Assembly (NCBI GenBank): GCA_030390025.1
Contig: CM059432.1
Location: 16,990,001 to 17,054,000 of the forward strand
Source: Squalus acanthias
Lineage: Eukaryota
DNA: 64,000 bases
Reading direction: 5' to 3'
Numbering within the stretch: the stretch's first letter is position 1; each line of letters begins with the position of its first letter. Below the pieces are notes generated by a model. It had not been told where the DNA came from and did not search any database. It worked only from the letters and a program-made list of their open reading frames with translations. The position numbers and the translations under genes were made by a program. Positions 10,541-22,822 of the stretch are shown here, in pieces.

Positions 10541-13242
10541 ATTGGCAGAGAGGGGGTAGGGAAAGCCAACTCAACGGTACCCTCCTCCTGTCGAAATGCT
10601 TAGAACATGGCCTTGTCATAACCAACACCTTGTTCCATCAGAGAGACAAGTACAAGGCTTCATGGCAGCACCCTCGCTCCAAGCACTGGCATCTGTTGGA
10701 CTACGTCATCGTCCGAGCGACGGACCGCAAGGACGTCCGCATCACCCGCGCCATGACAGGAGCTGACGACTGCTGGACAGACCACCGCCTAATCCGCTCT
10801 GTCATCTCCATCAATGTAGCCCCAAAACAGCGGCGGCAACAGAAACAATGCCGCAGGAAAATCAACGCTGGAGCATTCAAAGACCCCGCTAAGAAGGCCC
10901 TATTCAGCCTGCACCTCACAAACAACCTGACGACTCCCAGTGATGCAGAGACACAGAGTGCCCACAGCGCCTGGTCTGCACTCAAGGCCTCCATAATCAG
11001 CACCTGTGAAGAGACGCTCGGTCACTCGACCAAGAAACACCAAGATTGGTTCGACGAGAACGGCCAGGAGATCCAGGAGCTAATAAGCCGCAAGCGCAAG
11101 GCATTCCTGATCTGGAAACAGCAACACAACTCGAGAACAAGAAAGCAGCTCCACAGACGCCTGAAGGCCGAGGTCCAACAAAAAACTCGCGACCTAAAGA
11201 ACAGATGGTGGGTGGAGAAAGCGCAGGAGATCCAGCAGCTAGCCGACAACCACGACGTGCGTGAATTCTTTAGCGCAGTCAAGACCATCTATGGCCCAAC
11301 CACCCAAGGCCAAGAACGGAGAGGTAATCATCAAGGACAGAGAGGCAGTCAGTGCCAGCTGGAAGGAGCACTTCGAAGATCTCCTTAACCGCGACTCTGT
11401 CTTCGACGCAAGTTACCTCAACTCCATCCCGCAGCATGCTACCCGCCAGCACAACCCCAGCCCAGCATGAGGTTGAAAAGGCCATCCGACAACTGAAGAA
11501 CAACAAGGCCTCAGGAGCAGATGGAATCCCTGCCGAGGCACTAAAGCATGGTGGAGAAGCACTACTGGCGCGAATTCATGAACTCACTTCTCTTATCTGG
11601 AAGGAGGAGAGCATGCCAGGGGATCTCAGAGACGCCGTAATTGTGACCATCTTCAAGAAAGGTGACAAGTCCGATTGCGGTAATTACAGAGGAGTTTCCC
11701 TGCTGTCTGCCACAGGTAAAGTCATCGTAAGAATCCTCCTCAATCGCCTTCTCCCAGTGGCCGAAGAGCTCCTCCCAGAGTTGCAATGCGGATTCCGCCC
11801 ACTAAGGGGCACAATGGACATGATCTTCACCGCACATCAATTACAAGAGAAATGCAGGGAACAGCACCAATCACTGTACATGGCCTTCTTTGATCTCACA
11901 AAGGCCTTCGACACTGTCAACCGTGAGGGATTATGGAGTGTTCTCCTCAAATTCGGCTGCCCTCAAAAGTTTGTCACCATCCTCCGCCTGCTTCACGACG
12001 ACATGCAAGCCGTGATTCCGACCAACGGTTCCACCACAGACCCAATTCACGTACGGACCAGGTCAAGCAAGGCTGTGTCATCGCACCAACGCTCTTCTCG
12101 ATCTTGCTCGCTGCAATGCTTCATCTCACCCTCAGTAAGCTCCCCACTGGAGTGGAGCTAATTTACAAAACAAACAGGAAACTGTTCAACCTCCGTTGCC
12201 TCCAGTACAGATCCAAGGTTGTCCCATCCTCTGTCGTCGAATTACAGTATGCAGACGACGCTTGCGTCTGCGCTCACTCGGAGGTCGAACTCCAAACCAT
12301 CGTCAACACCTTCACCGAAGCGTACGAGAGCATGGGCCTTACACTAAACATCCATAAGACAAACGTCCTCTACCAACCTGCCCCCGCCACACAGTACTGC
12401 CCCCCGATTATCAAAATCCACAACAAGGCCTTGGACAACGTGGACCACTTTCCATATCTCGGGAGCCTACTGTCAACAAGGGCAGACGTCGATGACGAAG
12501 TCCAACACCGCCTTCAGTGTGTCAGTGCAGCCTTCAGTCGCCTGAGGAAGAGAGTGTTTGAAGACCAGGACCTCAAACCCGGCACCAAGCTCATGGTCTA
12601 CAGAGTAGCAGTGATACCCACCCTGCTGTATGCCTCAGAGACATGGACCATGTACAGCAGGCACCTCAAAGCACTGGAGAGGTACCACCAATACTGCCTC
12701 CACAAGATCCTGCAAATCCATTAGCAGGATAGGCGCACCAACGTCAGTGTTCTCGCTCAGGCCAAATCCCCAGCATCGAAGCTTTGACCACGCTCGATCA
12801 GCTCCGATGGACGGGTCACATCGTCCGCATGCCCGATACGAGACTCCCAAAACAAGCGCTCTACTCGGAGCTCCGACACGGCAAGAGAGCCCCAGGTGGG
12901 CAGAGGAAACGCTTCAAGGACACCCTCAAAGCCTCCTTGAAAAAGTGCAACATCCCCACCGACACCTGGGAATCCCTGGCCCAAGACCGCACAAAGTGGA
13001 GGAGAAGCATCCGGGAAGGCGCCGAGCACCTCGAGTCTCTTCGCCGGGAGCAAGCGGAAGCCAAGCGCAAGGAGCGCACGTCAACCCAAGCACCCCACCC
13101 ACCCGCCCCTTCAACCACCGTCTGCCCCACCTGTGACAGAGACTGTAGGTCCCGCACTGGACTCATCAGTCACCTGAGAACTCATTTTTAATGTGGAAGC
13201 AAGTCATCCTCGGTACCGAGGGACTGCCTAAGAAAGAAGAAA
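10541..13242 (+). pseudogene. RTE ORF (rest of endonuclease, RT, C-terminal C2H2 finger), frameshifted
   Basis: IGREGVGKAN..., WHLLDYVIVR, NYRGVSLL, FFDLTKAFDTV, VKQGCVIAP, LQYADD, CPTCDRDCRSRTGLISHLRTH; (aag) tail; several frameshifts and a stop at 12722. Confidence 0.93.
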
Positions 13243-13399
13243 AAAGGAACATAAGTGAGAGTGACGCAGACACACCAAGGATGTAAAAGAGACGAGAAGT
13301 GTACAGGAGAGACTTAGACAAAAAGTGAAATATAAATGAGGAGAAAACAAATCAAACAGAGTGATATTGACACCAGAATGAGAAAAGTGTGTGACAGCC

Positions 13400-13715
13400 A
13401 TACAACAACAACATCCCAAGGCACTTCACAGGAGTGATTAGCAAACTTAATTTGACACTGAGCCACATAAGGAGATATTAGGACAGGAACGCAGAGATCT
13501 CAAAGTCTTGTCGGGCTGGAGGAGGTTACAGGGATAGGGAGAGGCAAGGCCATGATGGGATTTGAAAACAAGGATGAGAATTTTTTAATTGAGATGTTGC
13601 CAGAATGGGAATCAATGTAGGTCAGCAAGTACAGGGTGATGGGTGAACGGGACTTGGTGTGAGTTAGGATACAGGCAACAGAGTTTTGGATGAGCTCAAG
13701 TTTACAGACAGGAAA
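13400..13715 (-). mobile_element. L2 LINE 3' fragment
   Basis: Similar to 972-1450 on the same strand. Confidence 0.75.
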
Positions 13716-14155
13716 GATAGGTGTAAATTTTTCATGACAGTTGCAGATGGGGCTGTAACTTTGTGATGTAGGTTTTGCATCTGTCGGATCCTGATTTATC
13801 TTCTGAGGTCAGTCCTACTTAGATATTCAGTACATAAATTGACCAGTATGAGGTCTCTTGCAAATTTGGGGCAGGATATCTGGTGCTGCAACAGCTATTT
13901 AAAGGTTTAATATTTATTTAAAGGCAGCCGTTTAAGGAAAGGGCCTTTTTTGTTGTCCAAACAATTTTGGAAAGGTCTACATTCTGAACTGTTACTATGT
14001 AGCCGTGTCAAGGAATAGCACCCAGCTTTGTGGATGCAACAGTTGAAGTGATTCTGCAAGAAATGGGGTAAAGGAGCATTGCTCTGTTTGGCTTGCCAGG
14101 GCACTTTCTGCACGGAAGAGTGGTCAACAATGCATGGCAGGAGGTGGCACAATGG

Positions 14156-16515
14156 CCCTATCACTAAGGAAAAAGTACTTGGTAAAATAATGGGACTAAA
14201 AGACAACAAGTCCCCTGGACCAGATGGCCTGCATCCCAGGGTCTTAAAAGAAGTGGCTGCAGAGATAGTGGATGCATTAGTTGCAATATACCAAAATTCC
14301 CTGGACTCTGGAGAGGTCCCAGCGGATTGGAAAACCGCAAATGTAACACCCCTATTTAAGAAAGGAGGGAGACAGAAAGCAGGAAACTATAGACCAGTTA
14401 GCCTAACATCTGTCGTTGGGAAAATGCTGGAGTCCTTGGAAAATCATAATGCAGTCAAGCAGAGTCAGCATGGTTTTATGAAATGGAAATCATGTTTAAC
14501 AAATTTGCTGGAGTTCTTTGAGGATGTAACGAGCAGGTTGGATAAGGGTGAGCCAGTGGAAGTGGTGTATTTGGATTTCCAGAAGGCATTCGATAAGGTG
14601 CCACATAAAAGGTTACTGCATAAGATAAGAGCTCACGGAGTTGGGGGTAATATATTAGCATGGATAGAGAATTGGCTAACTAACAGAAAGCAGAGAGTCG
14701 GGATAAATGGGTCATTTTCCGGTTGGCAAACGGTAACTAGTGGGATGCCACAGGGATCAGTGCTGGGGCCTCAACTATTTACAATTTACATTAATGACTT
14801 GGATGAAGGGACCGAGTGTAATGTAGCCAAGTTTGCGGATGATACAAAGATGGGTGGGAAAGTAAGTTGTGCAGAGGACTCAAAGAATCTGCAAAGGGAT
14901 ACAGACAGGCTAAGTGAGTGGGCAAACATTTGGCAGATGGAGTATAATGTGGGAAAGTGCGAGGTTATCCACTTTATTTATCCACAGGAAAAATAAAAAA
15001 GCAAATTATTATTTTAATGGAGAGAGATTACAAAATGCTACAGTTCAGAGGGACTAGGGGGTCCTTGTGCATGAAACACAAAAAGTTTGCCTGCAGGTAC
15101 AGCAAGTAATCAAAAAGGCAAATGGAATGTTGGCCTTTATTGCAAGGGGGTTGGAGTATAAAAGCAGGGAAGTCCTGCTACAACTGTACAGGGTATTGGT
15201 GAGACCACACCTTGAGTACTGCGTACAGTTTTGGTCTCCTTATTTAAGGAAGGATATACTTGCATTGGAGGCAGTTCAGAGACGATTCACTCGGTTGATT
15301 CCTGAGATGAGGGGGTTGACTTATGAAGAAAGCTTGGGCCTATACTCATTAGAATTTAGAAGAATGAGAGGTGATCGTATTGAAACATATAAGATACTGA
15401 GGGGGCTCGACAAGGTAGATGCAGAGAGGATGTTTCCCCTCGTGGGGAAATCTAGAACTCGGGGGCATAGTTTCAGAATAAAGGGTCGTCCTTTTCGAAC
15501 TGAGATGAGGAGGAATTTCTTCTCTCAGAGGGTCGTAAATCTGTGGAATTCTCTGCCCCAGAGAGCCATGGAGGCTGGGTCATTAAATACATTTAAGGTA
15601 TAGACAGATTTTTGTAAGATAGGGAGTGAAGGGTTATGGGGAGCGGGCAGGGAAGTGGCTTTGAGCCCAAGATCAGCCATGATCTTATTGAATGGCGGAG
15701 CAGGCTTGAGGGGCCAAGTGGCCTATTCCTGCTCCTATTGACTATCTCCAACAAGCAAGAGTCTAACCACCGCCCCTTGGCATTCAACGGCATTACCATC
15801 GCCGAAACTCTCACCATCAACATCCTGGGGGTCACCATTGACCAGAAACTTAACTGGACCAGCCGCATAAATACTGTGGCAACAAGAGCAGGTCAGAGGC
15901 TAGGTATTCTGCGGCGAGTGTCTCACCTCCTGACTCCCCAAAGCCTTTCCACCATCTGCAAGGCACAAGTAAGGAGTGTAATGGAATACTCTCCACTTGC
16001 CTGGATGAGTGCAGCTGCAACAACACTCAAGAAGCTCGACACCATCCAGGACAAAGCAGCCCGTTCGATTGGCACCCCATCCACCACCTTAAACATTCAC
16101 TCCCTCCACCACCGGTGTACCGTGGCTGCAGTGTGTACCATCTACAAGATGCACTGCAGCAACTCGCCAAGGCTTCTTCGGCAGCACCTCCCAAACCCGC
16201 GACCTCTTCTACTTAGAAGGACAAGGGCAGCAGGCGCATGGGAACACCACCACCTCCAAGCTCCCCTCCAAGTCACACACCATCCTGACTTAGAAGTATA
16301 TCGCTGATCCTTCATCGTCGCTGGGTCAAAATCCTGGAACACCCTACCTAATAGCACTGTGGGACTATCTTCACCACACGGTCTGCAGCGGTTCAAGAAG
16401 GCGGCTCACCACCACCTTCTCAAGGGCAACTAGGGATGGGCAATAAATGCTGGCCTTGCCAGCGACGCCCAGATCCCATAAGCGAATTCAAAAAAAATGT
16501 CTTATGTTCTTCTGT
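14156..16515 (+). mobile_element. CR1 LINE, 5'-truncated (RT to 3' tail)
   Basis: [54 protein letters not shown]; tail split by a family-B LINE. Confidence 0.92.
15739..16498 (+). mobile_element. Poly(A)-tailed LINE family B, 5'-truncated, inside the CR1 tail
   Basis: ILGVTIDQKLNW...KAQVRSVMEYSPLAWMSAA; ends caataaatgc...aaaaaaaa. Confidence 0.88.
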
Positions 16516-17479
16516 AATGCATCAATGTGGTCTCCACCAACCAGAAATACTAGCATAAAATTGGGAAGAAGTTTTTGGACCTAAAGTAATCAGATCGATA
16601 GGCAAAGTATGCGCCTCACAAAATGTTCCCTCTTACCCTGCTACACATTGGCTGTCGCTCCATGCAAAACTTTCAAACTACCTGACAACCCTTTGAATGC
16701 TTACCATATGTGTCCTTACTGCAGCAGGGCACAAATTCCGGTTGCAACGTATTACTGATGCCTGGAATATCTCCGATAGGAGATTGGCAGAGCCTGCAGA
16801 AAAACAATGTAATTGGCTAAAAACAGCCATTTTATCTGGGGGTCCTGCCGATCTCCCTCTGAATTTATAGCAGGGATTGGGAGAAATCTGCGGAATTTTA
16901 GGGACTGAAACTGACATCTTAAAAGTGGGCTACACAAAAAGTTGTTCTGACAAAACTCAGTTGCAACATGCATTTTCATGTACTCACAGATATGATGGGT
17001 TGCAGCATGGGCACTAGGGTGTCACTGTATGTTCTCGTAACTCTTCCAATATCTCAATATTGGTGTCATCAATGCCATCTTGATCATTGGGGAACTTGCC
17101 ATAGGATGGCAACTTATTGCTCCCTCATGTTCATCAGGAAAACAATGCAGTTCTTTTTCTGGCAAGCATTGTATCAGTCACCTGTTTAATACACTACAGG
17201 CTGACTTCCCTGACATCCAAAAGTGCTTCTTCTTAGTCCTCCTTGCCTTCTTCCAAGTAGCACATGAATAAAGTATGCTTTTCTGGACCCCCAGTCTTCT
17301 AAGTGAAATGGTGGGGTCCTACATGAAATTTAATTACCATCAGCTATTTGAGGCGCAATGGAGCGATTCCTGCCAGACTTGCTGTTGGAAATGCACAGAG
17401 GAAGTCGAGCCCAGCGCAATGCGTTTCTGCCCCGTTTTCCTCTGCATTGCACCCTGAAAATAGGTGCACATGGGCCTTG

Positions 17480-18390
17480 CTGAAGCACATATCAGTCAAA
17501 GTTTCCAGGATCATCGTGGTCTGCTGGATGGTCATGGTCTGCTGTAGTCTAGGGTGCTTATTGAAAGCTTAGATATCAAGGTAACTGAAGGCACTATTGA
17601 AAGCATAGGGAGTTGAGAGTGATCCAAAATATGGAAGCTGAAAAAATCTATACTAAGAATTGTAGAAAAGATCCAAACATGTAATAGAAGGCTTTGCAGT
17701 TTATGAATGCTATAGCATTGTGTCTGGGGACCATAAGAAAGAAAGAACTTGCAATACATATGGCGTCTTTCATGGCCTCAGGACTTGCCAAAACGTTTTT
17801 CAGCCAATTAAGCACTTTTGAAGTGTAGTCATTGTTGTAATGAAGGCAATAAGGCAGCCAATTTGCATACAGCAAGGTCCCACAAACAGCAATGTGGTAA
17901 TGACCAGATAATCTGTTTTAGGTGTTGGTTGAGGGATAAATATTGGCCAGGACACTGGGGAGATCTCCCCTGCTCTTTTTCGAAATGCTGCCATGGGCTC
18001 TTTTACAGCCACCTGAGAGGGAAGACGTCTCGTCCGCAAGACAGCACCTCCGGCTTTGGGGAATTCTAAGAATCACAAAAATTGCAGCGCTTTGTTATGA
18101 AGATATTTGTCTGAGGTGAACAAAGCATCAGTGACTTGCTTGATTCATCTGTGCAATGCTAATTGATCAATGTTGCATCTGTCTCCTGTGATAAACTGGA
18201 ATGACCAGGTGGCATCAAAGTTGAGGCTGGTTGCGAAGGTGATGTCCCTCTGGTTGAGGTCATATGCAGGCCAACTTGCCACAGTCGCCAAAATTCCATC
18301 ACTGCCAACCTGCTGAATCTTAACCGGCAGAGACAGTTCTTTTCGAACAGTCCCAGGTAGCTGCACAACTTCCGTATCCAATGATGTTTG
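17480..18390 (-). pseudogene. Degenerate Harbinger (HARBI1-like) transposase of H1
   Basis: SYLGLFEKNCLCRLRFSRLAVMEFWRL aligns with SYLQLSKEQCIRRLRFTKEVVTELCRL of the H4 transposase; also LNFDATWSFQ..GD, PRHNAIAFINCKAFY and TIQQTTMILE. Confidence 0.65.
17735..18052 (-). mobile_element. Deu-domain SINE, headless
   Basis: Reverse complement of the body and tail of 7584-8045. Confidence 0.8.
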
Positions 18391-19980
18391 AAAAATTGTG
18401 GTCAGAGGCTCTGCTGTTTGCTTTCTGACTTCCCTCTAGAATGCATGCCAACAGGGCCTGGTGCCGCCTTCTACTTTGAGTTCTACCAATTCTTTCAGTA
18501 CAACTTCCTTATCTATAGCTGTCCTATTTAATTACTTCACTTCCTCCTCTGGTACCCTTTCATTGTCATTACTACACTCTTTTCTGAAAACCCAGGCAAA
18601 GTGCTCATTTAGGATCCCCACCATTCCTTCATCCTCTATAATACATTTTCCTTTTTCATTCTTAATTGGCCCCACTCTTTCTTTAACTATTCTTTTACTT
18701 TTAATGCGATTATAAAATCCTTGACTAATTCCTTTCAAGTTAGCTGCCAATCTTTCTTCATATCTCCCTTAGCCTAAATAATATTTTTTGGTTCTGCTCA
18801 ATATTTGGCTTGAATATCTTTTGTATTATTAACCACAGATTTTCTATATGCTTATTTTTCAAGTTTCATTTAATTTCCCTAGTCATTCAAGGAACACCAT
18901 CATTTCTTGCATCTTCTTGTGGGAATATGTCTTGTCTTAATCATCTCCAGTTTCCCATTGTGCACTGTCTTATTTGCCAATTTTTATTTTCAATTTATCT
19001 GTGCGAGTTCCTTTTAATCTGAATTTGGCTTTTTGTCCAGACAAGTACCTTTATCCTCGTCTGTTCCATCTCATTGTCAATTTTTATGCTGAACCTAACT
19101 ATGTTAGGGTTGCTTTTTCTAGATATTTCCCCTGCCTCCTACATCAGCTACTTGCCCCACTTCATTTCCTCGAACTAGAGCCAGCACTGATTCTTTCCTG
19201 TTGCACCAAAATTGTATTGATCTAGAAAGCAGTCCTGAACACATTGTCAAAACTGCTGTCTTTTGCCACTTATATTACTCTTACCTCAGTTTATCTTGGA
19301 TAATAAAAGTTCTTCCTGCAGTTTTCTTTAATTTGTTTACAGAATCACAGAATCCCCACAGTGCAGATAGAGGCCATTTCGGCCCATCGAGCCTGCACCG
19401 ACACATATCCCACCCTATCCCCGTAACCCCACGTATTTAATCCCCCTAACACTAAGGGTCAATTTATCATAGCCAAATCAACCTAACCCGCACATCTTTG
19501 GACTGTGGGAGGAAACCGGAGCACCCGGAGGAAACCCACGCAGACACGGGGAGAATGTGCAAACTCCACACAGACAGTCACCCGAGGCCGGATTCGAACC
19601 CGGGTCCCTGGCGCTGTGAGGCAACAGTGCTAACCACTATGCCACCGTGTTGCATAGCTCTTCCTCTATCTTCTTTTTTAGTGGGGGTCTATAATATTCT
19701 CCCAATGCAGTAAAAGTTACCTTTTTCTTCCTTAACTCTAACCAAATAGATTCTGCTTTTGCATCATCCCTCATATCATCCTTGTTTGTGCTGTAATGAA
19801 ATCTTTGATTAACACTGCAACCCCCTCCTCCCTTGTTTCCTACTGTATCACTCCTTAATATATTTGTAACCAGGAATGTTAAACTACCAGTCTGTCCTAG
19901 CCTAAACCATGCATCTGTTAATACTATTATATCATAGTCCCCCCACCACAGACATTTGTGCATCCGATTGACCAATTTTA
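18390..19980 (-). mobile_element. Old CR1 ORF2 5' part, highly degenerate
   Basis: FYNRIKSKRIVKERVGPIKNEKG...ILNEHFAWVF; ESIWLELR...YYRPP. Confidence 0.7.
19337..19653 (-). mobile_element. HE1-type V-SINE of elasmobranchs
   Basis: tRNA head gcaacacggtggcatagtggttagcac...gggttcgaatcc; V-domain tgtgtggagtttgcacattctccccgtgtctgcgtgggtttcctccgggtgctccggtttcctccc; CR1-like tail. Confidence 0.88.
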
Positions 19981-21530
19981 CATGGAGCCTGAACTGAAGG
20001 GATTTGAACAGGGAATTTTGGGAGAATGGGCATGGAACTGAGAAATAGTGGCATTCTCAAGGTCCTGAGAGAGGAAAGGGAAGTCAGAGATGGGGTGGTT
20101 GCTGGAGTAGGTGGATGCAAGAATGGGCTTTTTGAGGAGTGATGACAACGGCAATTTTGAAGGGAAGAGGGATGGTGTGTGGGCATAGAGAACCATTAAC
20201 AATGTCAGAAAATGTGAAGGTCAGGAAAGGCATCAGCTGTTGGGTGGAGAGGGGATTGAGGGAGCAGGAGATGGGTCTCATGGAAGAGATGAGTTTGGAA
20301 AGCATCTGATATAATAATTCGGCTGAAAAGAATGAGGCACAGTAGAGACAAATCTGGCGATAGCTGTCCTGGCCAATTGCATGCCAGTATGCTTGAGTTT
20401 GTGGAATTATGGGAGTCAAGATCAGAAATATACTCGAAAAGCAGCAAGATGGGGAAGTGGTGAATGATTTGATGGAACAAGTGTGTCAAAAGCTGAGGCA
20501 AGGGAGCTCTTGAGCAGGTTAACAGCATCGAACACGTGGCATCGTGTAGAGGTCCAGAGAAGATAGAGTTTGAGTGAATTTGAGACAAAGCTGGAGGAAA
20601 TTTTTTTCAGAGATGGAGAGTGGGGCTAGCAGGGTTTGAAGCTGGCAGGGGCACATGAGTAGTCATGTAGATCAAGAGCTTTATGGTGGAGAGAAAGGAA
20701 AGAGCTTGCATTTATACAGCACCTTTCACAACCTCAGGACGTCCCAAGTTCTTCACAGTTGTAACATAGGGAAAGGCTGCAGCCAATTTGTGCACAATGA
20801 TGAGATAAATGGTTGAGAGATAAATGTTGTCCAGGACACTGAGAGAACTCCTCTGCTCTTATTCAGAAAGTGCGTTGGGATCGTTTATGCCCACTTGAGA
20901 CGGCAGAAGGGGTATCAAGGGGTATCTCATCCAAAAGATGACTCTCTCAGTACTGCAACAACAACTTGCATTTATATAGTGCCTTTAACCTAGTAAAACG
21001 TCCCTAAGGCATTTCACAGCAGTGTCAGCCTTGATTATGTGCACAAGTCCAGTAGTGGGGGCTTCACAATCCTCTAACTCAGTGGCGAAAGTGCTGCCAC
21101 TCAGCCAACTCTGACACCCTGGCTGCCAAGAGTGTGGTTGTGAATGTGGGTGGGTGAGTTTGTGTGCAGAGTGAGTTAAGAGTGAGGACAGGTGAAGCAA
21201 GAGGTCGGAAGAAAGAAGGCGAAGGGAGTTCAGGTGTAGGTTAAAATCACCGATGGTGAGTTGTCGCTTAGTGCAGAGGCTTGGGAATAGAAGAGGGAGG
21301 AGGTTGCAGTGATAAAGTCATAATGTGGCTTGGCAAGGAAGTAGACGATTATATGATTTTAAAAGGTAGGAGGGATGAAAAAAGATCAAGAGCTCAAATA
21401 AGAAGGTGCCAGCGGAGTAGGGGGAAAGACCAAGGTAAGATCAAATGGTAAGAGTTAAACCATCACCCCAGCAGTTTGGGTGGTGATGAAATATTTAGCC
21501 AGGATGGAAGGCTTTGGTGACTGGGGGCAG
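19980..21530 (-). mobile_element. Old L2 LINE fragments with a nested degenerate Deu-SINE (about 20690-21115)
   Basis: FSDIVNGSL...PLPFKIAVVITP (L2 RT region); SINE tail gcttgcatttatacagcacc and head gtgctgccactcagcc. Confidence 0.6.
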
Positions 21531-22008
21531 GGTTCAGCCTGTAAACTAGGCTCTATCCAGAGGCTCAGATCGGCATGGCAGCCAATATCTGCACATGAAT
21601 AGGCACAAGAGACCTTAGATTACTTGCGCCAGTAGCAGAGAGCTCGGAAGATTCTTAGAGTAGGAATCTTGATGTGATGATGCAACCAGTTAAATATCAA
21701 AAATCTGTCTTCAGAGAGGCAAGCTAAATCCAGTCTTAGATATGGCTCTATGCAGTGACGCCATGCCTACAATGACAGTTGAACTTCAAATACAAACAAC
21801 TAAAATTCAAAACAAACCAACTAAGTATGCCATTACTCCCTTTCTCCTTATTCTGGTGCAAGCCACGTTGATGTATTAAAATTTAGTCCTGTCTGCACCA
21901 TAAATGTTACACTGTCGGATTAACCTAACTGTCTGTCACTTGTACAGAAGCTAAACTGCAGTAGTTTATTTTTTTTACTAAACACTAATCTTCTGCATTA
22001 AAAACAAA

Positions 22009-22726
22009 GGGGGAAAAATTCCCTAAGAGGGCGCTAACGGGGCGCAAAGCAACTAGCGCCCGGGCGCGGCGCCGCCAACTCCTCCCGCGAAATTCAGCGG
22101 GAGGTTAGCGGCGGCGGTAACCATTAGCGCCCTGCGGTGCTGCGCCGCCGGCGATGACATTATCGGCGTGCACAGCGCCCCGCTCACACCCCGGCCGCGA
22201 TCTTCGGTAGCGCCCCCTGACTTACCGCCGGTCGCTATGTCCGACGGGATCAGGGGGGCCTACCTGTGGCCAGGGTAGCGCTAATTAAAGGCGAGGTGTC
22301 GGGCAGCCATTTTTGTTGCTGGCCGCCTGCCAGCACCTGCCCCCGTTGCCGTCCCCGGCCTCTTCTGCAGCCCCCGCCCCCACGGAGTGCCTGCTGCGCT
22401 CCATGAGCCCGGCACTTCTCTTGAGTGCCGGGCTCTTTTGCCGGCACTCCGATCCCTGATGGCACAGCTGGGCCCCGGGTCACGCTGCGCAAGGCCCCTC
22501 CCCTTTAAGAAGGGGAGGAAGGCCTGCAGTACCGCGGCGCGATGTGCCGTGATATTCCCTCGCAGCGCCCCAAGAGGGAGGTGGGGTGCTTCTAGTAGCG
22601 CCCTGCTTCCCTCTTGGGGCGCTACCGATGAATTTCGGCCGCGGGGGTGCAAATTTTTTCGGGGCGCTAAAAGTAGTGTCCTGGCAAAGTTAGCGCCCCA
22701 AAAGGGGAGTGACTCAATTTTCCCCC
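22009..22726. mobile_element. Harbinger-type MITE, subtype A
   Basis: TIRs GGGGGAAAAATT / AATTTTCCCCC, 3-bp TSD AAA, GC/CpG-rich body with tagcgcc repeats. Confidence 0.85.
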
Positions 22727-22822
22727 AAAGTTTTACAAATTTGACAAAATCTGTCCTTTTCTAAATGACGAATTTTGCATCCCAGTTCAAATGTGTAAAT
22801 CTTGATTCTGAACAGATTCAAA

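Larger units (their letters stand above)
9602..13242. mobile_element. Composite RTE-clade LINE insertion with inverted 5' part and captured host exon
   Basis: TSD AAAGGAACAT at 9592-9601 and 13243-13252; 9602-10540 reads on minus, 10541-13242 on plus. Confidence 0.85.
13720..18390. mobile_element. Ancient two-gene PIF/Harbinger transposon relic (H1), interrupted by LINEs and a SINE
   Basis: Plus-strand Myb/SANT-like exon APSFVDATVEVILQE...NNAWQEVAQ (about 14015-14155) continues after the CR1 as INVVST...GKKFLDL (about 16520-16585); convergent minus-strand transposase at 17480-18390; right end not found. Confidence 0.55.

Noticed and set aside
16540..17230. A second minus-strand transposase
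   Set aside because: Only faint motif resemblance; the plus strand fits better as the continuation of the H1 Myb/SANT gene
22250..22764. GC-rich ORFs in MITEs (also 48486-48905, 51728-52233)
   Set aside because: Stop-poor GC-rich sequence; reading frames are not conserved between copies
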